Source of the DNA: Yuukianura sp. NJ FZ-2021
Lineage: Eukaryota
Reading direction: 5' to 3'
DNA length: 64,000 nt
Assembly (NCBI GenBank): GCA_046563655.1
Contig: JAJCTO010000010.1
Span: 620,001-684,000, forward strand
Below, piece by piece: positions 1 through 10,600 of this stretch. The notes beneath the pieces are model-generated. The model had not been told where the DNA came from. It saw only the letters and a program-made list of their open reading frames with translations, and ran no database searches. Both the position numbers and the translations under genes were made by a program. Position 1 is the stretch's first letter; every line of letters begins with the position of its first letter.

Positions 1-1237
1 AAAACTTTTTCATACAATTAAATACAAAAGACATCGAAGACATTTGTCTACACTATCAAATATATCCACCCAGTTATTATTTCAAATACAAGGATATGAT
101 TTGTATTGACTTACTCGAATGTGAGGCTAAATCGTCGTTTCGATTATTGGCCAAGACACTCGAAGGTTATCGAAATCATGGTTTACCAATTCGAGAAGAA
201 TTGATCAACCATGTTAAAAACAAATCCAGAGAGGATTACGAACTACGACCTCGAAGTAATCTGTTTCCACATAACTATTAACTCACTTAGAAGTATGTCC
301 TCTAAGAGTAGTGTTACTAAAATTTGTAATCATAAGTTGATAATAAGCTGTCAAAATTAATTATAATGCATATTCACAAACTTAACCATAAGAGAATAAA
401 AGAGAAGAATGAAGATCCGATACATCCCATTCACGTGTTCCAGTCTGGACGTACCAGTCGAGTCTGATTTGCAACATCATCGTCCTATTGGGCGCTGGAG
501 TACGACGTAGCTTTGATCGAGTTCGAACTCCTGTGAGCAAAAGGTCAATAATGCTGCGCTACGCAACTAAGTCTAATTGAAACTTGATCAACTCTCACCT
601 CCCTGAAGTACATTGAACGACGGTTATCAATTGAACACGGACGACCACAGTCCTCAGGACAGTCCAGGGAGCCAAGCAACTCAACGAGAGTTTACGGGAG
701 ATGTACATGAGCAGTAAAGACGACTCAACTCCCCGTCGCAGTAGCTATCGCGGAAACTACAACGACTCCACTGAGAATTACGAATGAAGATTCGGAGCGG
801 CACAGACAAGTTAGAAACCGAAAGGTGAAAGCCCGCAACACATGATGACACCACCGTACGAGACCAATGGCTGGCGAGCTACGCATCCATTCAGAATTTA
901 GCTCCATCACAGAATACTGTCCGGCGGAATCCGCATAACGGTGTACTCAGAAATAGCAGACCCAATGTCTCCAAGCACCCATTGGAATTCTTTAAATTCT
1001 GTAAGCTAGCTTTCACTCATGATGTTAGTCTTAAATCAACCTTGGCTATTGTTACATCAATATTATACTATGTCAAATTCGGGTAGAACAGTTCTATGTT
1101 ATCCATTTATGAGTTCAGGCCTCAAATCCATGACATCAAATTTGTAGATCGGAACACCATAAAACATTATGTTAGGATACTCTGTTATACAATAAGGAAA
1201 TCTACGAGGACGTAGATTAGTACAAGTTGGGGAATAA

Positions 1238-2262
1238 TGTAACGCCGGATTTCGAGCCACCTCCAAATCAATCAATTGATTTGGAGTTGGGCCGAATTCG
1301 GACGCTTAATTAAGTTAAGACAAAACTAGTTAAAACCGGGTAAGAGACATGTCGAGTATGCAGATTGATAATTAAGGAAAGTTTTGAAATTGAGACAGGA
1401 GGTCTCAAGACTTTTGATAAGAAAAAGGTGATTTGACAAGTCCTTTGGACTTGTCATGTAAAACAACTTGCTCAGCAAGTTTGACATCTGTCAAACATGG
1501 GGTGTCCACTCGCAAGAGAGTTGATTCTCCCATTCAAAATCCCTGTTTATCAATTTGCATAGGATCGTAACTTAGTTCAATCTTGGACTTTAATGACAGA
1601 ACAGGATCATAGATCCTGGTCATTAACGTCCAACTTTGAACTCAGGTCGCTAAGCGTCCCTCAGTTGAAGGACAAGCTGGGTCAAGAGTAAGGTTATAAA
1701 TATAAGTAACAACTTGTTAGCGTTAAGTCATTTTTGAATTAGCTTTTGGGGAAGCATCTCTCTCTTAGATCAGTTGACTAGATTGTAAAGTTGCTCTTTA
1801 GAATAAGTCTTTTTGGGAACAATAAACACTCTTCCTGGGAATTCTCTCCACCGATCGTCAATTCCTCGTCTTCGAAGCTTGCACATCTGCCACCGTCACT
1901 TCCGCTGATTCTGCTGTTCAGGGTTCAACTGGTGTCAACCGTAACTGACCAAGGTAATTGAATCTTCCCTTCTCATACATGATTTAATAAGGGTAGCTAG
2001 ACGAGCATATTGAGACACCTAGGTGATGTGGGTCGGGTGGGACCGGCCCCACCTAAAGAGTAGAAGGTAGGGTAGGGAGTGGGACTGAAGTACTGTCCAC
2101 TCAGGTCATTGAGCGAACTAGAATCCGGGGACCCAGAGGGGTCAAGTTTTCAGGTCAATTAGGGTGGGACGGGTGTTAGACCCGCTATGCTGTTGCAATT
2201 AGCTGTTTGGTTGTTTTCAGAGGACAATCAAGGGATAGTATTCGTGTTAGGTTAACGCAACA
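1238..2262 (+). mobile_element. Probable 3' LTR of a Gypsy-like LTR retrotransposon
   Basis: Purine tract AAGTTGGGGAATAA (1224-1237) directly followed by TGTAACG; TATAAATA near 1696, AATAAA at 1821; candidate end ...CGCAACA at 2262. Partner LTR not in window, so the right end is tentative. Confidence 0.45.
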
Positions 2263-2663
2263 ATGGAGTTCAAAAATCACCCTGTTTCACGCGACCCTCT
2301 AAGAAGAAATTTTTGGGTTGATGTACCATCTTCTTGACACACCACTTGTCACAATTACTGCCATAACATACATGTACAGATTTCTTTTTCTAGAAAACCA
2401 ACTACACATTTTTGACAATTTTAGAACTTTTCGGAAATGAACGCTTCAATTTCACTTTTTTATCGTGAGAACCGGGCTTAAACTTCAGATGAAAGCGGTT
2501 TTTATCCGCTCTTATCCGCTCTAGAAATGCTTCAAAAATTTTGTTGAAAAAATGCCTCATGTCCACTCTAGTTAAAAGGAAAAAAATTGAATCGTCTTGG
2601 TAACTCTATGGTGGATCCAACCTAACCTCCGTTCCGTCCGTCGTTCATCCATCGTCAAAGGTC

Positions 2664-3469
2664 AAGTTACCAAAGCTTGACCTTCCTACGTTTTCTGGCA
2701 GTTACGAAGACTGGCCATCCTTCCATGACCATTTCGAGGCTTCAATCGTCAACAATGGCGGTTTGTCTGGTTGCGAAAAGCTGCAATATTTAAAGTCATC
2801 TCTCACGGACGATGCACTAAAGATTGTCGCACCATTTGTAATCACTAACGCTAATTTTCAGGATGCTTGGGATTTATGTATCGAAAGATACAACAATACG
2901 CGCGAGATCGAATTTTCATTGTTGCGAAAACTGTTTAATCTTTCTAAACTGTTTCAGGAAAATGCGACTTCACTGAGGAACCTGGTTGATACTTTCGACC
3001 AGTGCGTGAGACAGTTGCGGAACCTTAATCGTAACGTTGACCAATGGGATGATGTTCTGGTCTTTACCATAATGGAAAAGTTGGACCCTGACACCAAGAG
3101 GGAATTTGCCATCCAACTGTCAGGAACGAACGTTCCTACTTACAAGGAGGTCAAGGACTTCCTAGAGCAACATATCCGTGGTCTCCAAAGCATCTCAACT
3201 ACGTCAACGAAACAACCACAGAAGTCCGTTGACCGTAAGAAGGTCCATGCAGTGAACACTGCAAAATGCGTTCTTTGCTCTGAGCCACACCCATTATTCA
3301 AATGTGGCAAGTTCAACGCCATGACCGTTGCTCAACGGATCGACGCAGCAAAAGCACAGCACCGCTGCTTCAATTGTCTTGGTCTTGCTCATACTCCCAA
3401 GAACTGTCATTCCAAGTCTCGCTGTCGTGTGTGTCAAAAGCCACATCACACTCTTTTGCATATTAACAA
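2664..3469 (+). pseudogene. BEL/Pao gag (DUF1759-type region plus Cys/His knuckles)
   Basis: LPKLDLPTFSG..W..F, KLQYLKSSL, CVLC..HPLFKC, CFNCL..H...C, CRVCQKPHHTLLH; cut by the hAT insertion at 3470. Confidence 0.9.
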
Positions 3470-4528
3470 CAGTGTTCCGCGGTGCTTTAAAGCAGATGCT
3501 TTTTTTGCTTGCTTTTTTTGCTTTTAAAGCAAAACCAGCAAGCATGCGCTTTTCGAGTTTGCTTTTTTTAAAATTTGCTGTTTTTTTGGTAAACAAAAAC
3601 AACGTGAGCAAGAGAACGCGCAGCTTCAAGGGACTCGCGGGAACTACTAAATGCACTCAAATTGTCAAATTTGCCAAAAAATAAAGTAAAAGTTAGTGTC
3701 CCGGTTTCTCTGGTGTTAAAACTAAAACTAACCCAAGCATATGATTCAAGTGACTAGTCCAGTGGCGTTACCAGACACTTATAGATCTTATAGATCATCG
3801 CTTGTATTCTTATGAACTGTCATTTGTGGACGGCGATTTGGATATTTTTTACATTTGGTTAGAGTCGCTGTATGTCCATACCACTAAAGTCCTTAAGTGA
3901 GCACCCTAAGAGCCAGGGAATCTTCCCCAGGGCCTGTCGACACTGGCACAGCTAACGCTGGCACTGGCACGACAGGTACCGAGAAACCGCTAGCCGATTA
4001 ACTGTCCTTTAGCCGCAAATTAACTCCATTTCCATTCCTGTTGTGCCAGTGCCGGCCTTAGCTGTGCCAGTGTCGACAGGAACTGGAAAATGGAACTAGA
4101 GGCCGTAGATTGTCAGCATAAGACTCTATGTCAACTTGGTTTGAGCATACCACATTGGCATTGGCAGGTGGAAATGAACTATACGAACGCAAATCAAACT
4201 ATTGTCTATGTCTCCACCAATCCGATCCCGTGAATTTGGAGTTCTTCGCTGCAATTCTCACTTACACTTCACTTTTAGCAATTAATTGGCAAGTTAATCA
4301 AGTGAAAGGTTTTTAAAAAGACATACTAACTCAATACAAGTACAAAAAGGAAGAATCTGTTCCTCCTTCCTTCGTTTGTTTTGTACTTGTTTACCTGTCA
4401 CCTCCCGTCCCTCCCATTAACAGCAATTTTGCTGCTTTTAAAGCATAAAAAGCAAAAACAGCAAAAAAAGCTATTTAAAGCAAAAAGCAAAGCATCGACT
4501 TTAAAAAAGCGCTTTTTACGGAACACTG
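3470..4528. mobile_element. Non-autonomous hAT-type DNA transposon (1059 bp)
   Basis: Perfect 10-bp TIRs CAGTGTTCCG / CGGAACACTG; 8-bp TSD ATTAACAA (3462-3469, 4529-4536); subterminal GCTTTT/AAAAGC repeats. Confidence 0.9.
3933..4080. repeat. Fold-back inverted repeat (small MITE-like) inside the hAT element
   Basis: Perfect 23-bp arms CCTGTCGACACTGGCACAGCTAA, extended by a further 21 bp at 18/21 identity. Confidence 0.75.
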
Positions 4529-4536
4529 ATTAACAA

Positions 4537-6828
4537 TGAATTTGTTGCCTTCGCAAACCAGGTAAACAATCCCAATGCTCATTTGACTAATCCGTCTACT
4601 TCTGTTCCCACAGCCAGTTGTAACCACAACTCCGGCTACGGTGTCCTCCTTGGAACGGCAGAAGTCTACGTAATGGATGCTACTGGAGCCTACCAAACCT
4701 GCCGTGTCCTCTTGGATCCAGGAGCTGAGGTTTCCTTTAGCACCGATCGGTGCTGTCAGCGACTTGGTCTATCACAGACAAAGTCCAACGTCACCATCAA
4801 CGGAGTTGGTGCCACAACAGTTGGTAAAACAAAAGGAAAAACCATGTTGGAAATCAAATCTAAGTGTAATGATTTTACCTTGTCGGTGGAAGCTCTTGTT
4901 CTCTCCCAGGTCACAGGTCAACTACCCGCGTTTAGATGCATTGACACCTGGAAGGAATGGACCCACCTTCAGAATCTGACCTTGGCTGACCCCAGATACA
5001 TTGACCGAAGGGAAGTCGACATTCTCCTTGGTGCTGAGGTCACACACCGAATCTTCACTGGTCAGACACTTTTTTCTCGGGTTGATCAACCTGTTGCTTG
5101 CTCGAGCCACTTCGGTTGGGTGGTCATGGGACCAGTCCATACTCCACCAGTGCAGTACTACACGGCCCACTGCCATACCTTCTCTCTGGATGGAGCCATC
5201 CAACGCTTGTGGGAACTCGATCAAGTCCCAACTCGGATGCAGTTGACGCAGGAAGAAAGTGACGTAGAAAATCACTTTGCAACTCACCACTCTCGTAGAA
5301 AGGATGGCAGATACATTGATCTACTTCCTTTCAAGCCTAACATTTCGGAACTCATCACGATCAATTGCATTACGGAGACTCCACCACACTGAACGTCGGC
5401 TGGATTGACTCCCGCAACACAAAAGTGAGTATGTAAAGTTCACAACGTGGAGTCCTAACCACTAGACGATCATGGCCTCGGCTTAGCCCCCTCCTGAAAA
5501 ACATACAACATACATACACGTAAAGTTCATGAATGATTATCTCAATTTAGGTCATATGAAACAAGTCCCACCATCGGAAGGAGAACAATTTAAGGATGGA
5601 TCCATCCAAACGTACTACCTACCACATCACTTCGTTTTGAAGGAGGATAGTACCACAACCAAACTTCGTGTGGTTTTCGATGGTTCGTGTGAATCAAATT
5701 CAGGTTTGTCACTGATAAGTGCCTAATGGTAGGGGCAACTATTCAACCCGATTTATTCACTCATCTAATCAAATTCCGATTGGATCCAATCGTGCTAAAG
5801 GCTGACATAACAAAAATGTATCGCCAGTTCTCAGTTCTAGATTCAGATTCCAACTTCCAGTGGATCCTATGGCGGCCCACTCCTGAACAGCCTATTCGGG
5901 AGTACAGGCTCAAGACAATATGGAACCTCTGCGGCTGCTTTCGGTGCCATTCGGGCCCTCCAACAACTCGCTCTGGACGAAGGAGATCACTTTCCCTTGG
6001 CCAGGCAAACAATAATTGAGCGTTTCTATGTAGATGATTATCTAGGTAGTGGTGATTGGGCGTTCAATGGACACCAAATTCTGATCTACTCCATTTCACT
6101 GGATTTAAGTTTGACCAAACCTCGGTAATAACAAAACGTACCATTTTAAGTGACATGGCAAAGTCATTTGATCCACTGGGGCTACTCGTTGCATTCGTCG
6201 TTTCGGTAAAAGTCTTCTTCCAGAGTCTTTGGACATTGGGAATTGGTTGGGACGATAACCTTCCCAAGGACTTGGTAGGAAGTGAACCCTCCTTGGCTCA
6301 TCATTGTCATGTCTTAGTGACATTGCCATTCCACGTTGTGTGATTACACCAAATTACCAACAAATGGAATTACATGGATTTTCGGATGCCTCCGAAGGAG
6401 TCTAGTGTGCAGTGGTCTACCTCAGGACATTCAACAACGATCTACCAACGTCACGAATTCTCACTTCCAAGACTAAAGTAGCGCCAGTCAAGGCACAGAG
6501 CTTACCGAGGCTCGAACTTTGTGGTGCTTTGTTGTTATGGAAACTAATTTCTTTTTTTATCTAAACTGTCATGTCTACTGTTGGACTGACAGTGAAATTA
6601 CTTTGCGGTGGGTCTCGTCTTCTTCTCGTCGCTGGGTTCCGTTCGTGGCCAATCGGGTTTTGCAAATCCAAGAACTCACACCAGTCGAATCTTGGCATTT
6701 CATCCACGGGACACTCAACCCTGACGACTGCGGAACAAGAGGGATCCCTCTTAACGATCTCGTCGACAATCAACTGTGGTGGAACGGACCGGCATTTCTG
6801 TCACAACTTCAATTACCTTCGTTCTCCA
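4537..6828 (+). pseudogene. BEL/Pao A protease-RT-RNase H (frameshifted)
   Basis: RVLLDPGAE protease, YYLPHH..KEDSTTTKLRVVFDGS, ADITKMYRQ, FYVDD near 6023, HGFSDAS, WTDSEITL, NPDDCGTRG. Confidence 0.9.
5443..5519 (+). mobile_element. 5'-truncated SINE/non-LTR retro-fragment with antisense tRNA-His 5' half and (CATA)n tail
   Basis: 10-bp TSD GTAAAGTTCA (5433-5442, 5520-5529); removal restores BEL frame EYVKFMNDY; revcomp of 5441-5476 reads GCCATGATCGTCTAGTGGTTAGGACTCCACGTTGTG. Confidence 0.7.
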
Positions 6829-7185
6829 TGTTGCTTTTTGATGCAAATGATCAATTGGGAGAGCAGTTGAAATGATTGTCTTTGATTTTGATTTTATTAA
6901 TTACTAATTTAAACTTAATCGTGAGAAGTTGCGAATTGAAAAGTGCGAAGTTAAAATCTGACTTAATGAATGAATTGAAGTGTAAGTAAAGACTATGACT
7001 TGTATTCCTATATTTAGACTATTGAAGTTGCGTTGGTTCTTGCTTTTTGTTGACCGTTAGATGCTACTTATATCCTAAGGCAAAAGTCAACACTCTTCCT
7101 ATTTTTAGGCTACAAAGTAGATGCTATTCTAAAAGTCTATGTCGTACATTTGTTATTCTAAATCTATGTGGTAAAAGCCACAACA
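6829..7185 (-). repeat. 3' LTR of BEL/Pao B
   Basis: Direct repeat of 13009-13365. Confidence 0.97.
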
Positions 7186-7686
7186 TGCCGGGCCCCAAAT
7201 TAGACCTAAGTCTAATTTTGCAAAAAATGAAAATGAAAATAAAAATGAAAACTACATGAATTGAGGATCTGTGCGGGGAATGTTTTGAAAGAAAGGGCCC
7301 TTCAACATCGGTGGCTGAGGGGTGGACTAAGTCCCTCTCCTGCTGGAGCTGACAGGATTTTGCCGTTTGCATGACCTTGTTGAAAGGTGACAGACAGCAG
7401 GAGAATTGAAGGGCACAGATCCAAAATGCATGTAGATTGCACTTTTGAGTGCTAAATTGAATTTTAAAGTTGAAAACGGGCTCTGCATGATGTGTCTCTC
7501 AGTTAACCTATGAAAAGTAAACTAAAATTAAAATGTGTTTTGAAAATTGAAATGCTAAAAATTAAAGTTAAAGTGTGAGTTGAAAATTGAGAAAATTGAA
7601 AATTGTAACTACTCTAAAATTAATGTATCATTGAAATTAAAGTTATTTTGAATACAAACTTGGTACAGTGGTGATTTGAGGATTGA

Positions 7687-10600
7687 CTATTTAGTTGACT
7701 TGCGTTTCATGCGATAAATGGCAGGATCATCATTGTTTTGATCTTCTGCTGGCAACAGTACGCAGACTTTGGAGACAGGACGTTTGACAGAATCTTTGTT
7801 CGTCTTCAGTTTCACGACACGAACAAGTCCGTCTTGACCAGGAAACGTTTCCAAAACTCTGCCCATGCGCCATTTGAGTTGTGGAGTGTCATCTTCCTTG
7901 ATTATGACCAAGTCACCGACAGCAATGTTTCGGTTCTGACTCCTCCATTTGTTTTTCTGTTGAAGGGAGTTTATGTACTCCTTGTGCCAACGAGTCCAGA
8001 AGTGCTGGACCATTTGAGTAGTTCTTTGCCACCTGGAGAGTCTGTTCTCCTTTTGATTGGTCAAGTCAGGATCTGGAATAGCACAAAGAGCATTATTAAT
8101 CAGAAAATGACCTGGTGTCAATGGTTCCAAATCATTAGGATCTGGAGAAAGTGGACAAATTGGCCTTGAGTTTAGCACTGCCTCCACCTGACAGAGGACA
8201 GTGAACAGCTCTTCTAAAGTGAGCGTTGTAGAACCAATTATGCGACGAAGGTGATACTTGGTGCTTTTCACACCAGCTTCCCAATACCCTCCTTGACTTG
8301 GCGCAGAGGGTGGGTTGAAGTGCCATTGGACACCTCTGTCACCTAAAAAGTCGCTGATTGCTGAGTTGAATTTTTGTTGTTGAACCACTTCCCGTAATTC
8401 ACGTTCTGCTCCGACGAAGTTGGAGCCGCAGTCACTGTACATTGCGACTGGTAATCCTCGTCTGGATACAAAACGCTTGAGTGTGGCAATGAATGCCTCA
8501 GTTGACAGTGCTGTGACTGCCTCTAAATGAACTGCCTTGGTGGCAAAACATACAAAAATACAAAAATATCCATTAAAATGTTTTTTACCACGACCAGTCA
8601 ATTCCTGTAGTACGAAGGGGCCAGCAAAATCCACGCCTGCGTGAGTGAACGGAGGTGATGGATTTGTTCTGCCCTTTGGAAGTTGACCCATGAGTTGCTC
8701 TGTGACCTTGACCTTCAGTTTTTTGCACGTCATGCAAAGTCGCAGAATTTGGCGGATGGTGATACGTGCCTTCAGGAACCAGTACTCAGTCTGCATAGTG
8801 GACCAGAGCAACTGATATCCGGCATGATGTAGTTGAATATGCTTGTGTCTGATGATGAGAGTGGCCAGTGGATTTTTTCCATTTAAGATGATTTGATGTT
8901 TTTGTGATTCTGGGAGCGACGAATTGCCAAGTCTCCCTCCAACGCGCAGAATTCCATGCCTGTCTAGAAATGGGGATAGAGCAACCAACTTTGACTCATT
9001 AGAAACTTTACCCTTGACCTTGAGGTCATCCAAATCCTGTTGGAAATCTTGTTGTTGAGCTAATTTGAGTAAAGTTGAAACTGCGCATGTCCGTTCCTCC
9101 ACTGTCAGAGGACCGTTGACAGTTAGAACTTTTGGATGGCAGTGACCTGTATGAACTTTTAAGTTATTGACAAACCTTTTTACATAGCATATGACATGAA
9201 TCAGTTTGTTCAAATTTGAGAATCTTGACAAAATTGTAAAATCACCTACGACCTTTGAGGTCAAAACCTTACGTACCTCTGGAATTTGACTTACGTCCTG
9301 TGTTTCAAACGTAGTATTTCCAGGTTTTTGTAGGAACGAAGGTCCGTGCCACCATAAGTCGCAGTTCAGAAGTTCTGTCGATGTCATCCCTCGGGTGCCA
9401 CAGTCAGCAGGATTTTGTAATCCTGGGATGAACTTCCAAGACTTGGCTGGAATCTTCTCCTGAATGGCTGAGACTCGGTTGGCAACAAATGTTTTTAGTT
9501 GGCGTGACTGTAGGCGGAGCCAATTGAGCACAATTTCGCTGTCAGACCAAGCAGTGACTTGCGCATTGATTTTTGTAGACTCCAAAACTGACATGACGAG
9601 TTTGGAAACGAGGTGAGCTCCACAAAGTTCCAACTTGGGGAGACTTTGTTGCTTAAGTGGAGCGACCTTGGTTTTGGCTGCAATGAGATTGACTGCAATT
9701 GAATCCTGAAAAAATACTCTCAAAAAAACTGCACCACAGTAAGCACTTTCAGATGCATCCGAAAATGCATGAATTTCGATTTTTAAATTTCCCGCGGGTT
9801 TTATGCACCTTGGAACTTTGACTTTACAAATGTTTACCATATGACCTTGGTGTTGTGTCCATTGTTCCTGAAGTTCGGCTGGTAACTCGTCGTCCCATTG
9901 TAGGCGCTTAGAGTTGACTGCCTCCAGCCAAAGCTTCTGTAGGAAGATTTTTGCCACTATGGTCAATGGCGCCAAAAATCCCAACGGATCAAAAACCCGT
10001 GAAATTTCTGCCAAAACTGTCCGTTTTGTGAGTTTGGTCATTGCCTTGGGCTCGTAACCTGAGAAATGGAAAGTGTCTGACTTTGAGTCCCAAGACACCC
10101 CTAAAGCCTTTGAATCATTTAGTGTACTTGCATCAATATTAGGGTTAACTTCACATAATTGGTCAGGAATTGATTTTAACACCGAAATTGAGTTGGAATC
10201 GAACTTACGAATTTCCAACTTTGCGCAACTTACTAGTGCTGTCAATTCCTGGCGAAGTTTGATGGTTTCTGCCTCTGTCTCACTTCCCCCCATAAAGTCA
10301 TCAACGTAGAAGTTGTTGAGAAGTGCGTTTCTAGCCAATGGGAATTTGTCCCCGTCATCAATTGCAAGTTGACGTAGGCATCTGACTGCGGAGAAAGGAG
10401 CTGAGGCTGTACCATAGGTGATTGTCTTCAACCTAAATTCCTGAATTGGGTCAAGGTGAGACTTTCGCCACAAAATCGACTGTAAACATTGGTCATTTTT
10501 ATGTACCAAAAATTGTCGGTACATTTTGGTTACATCACCCTTTAGTGCAATTGGGTACTTACGGAACTGTAGGAGTAAGGTAAAAATGTCACCTTGTACC

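Noticed and set aside
96..910. Short ORFs upstream of the putative LTR (possible env or accessory gene)
   Set aside because: Too short and motif-free to assign.
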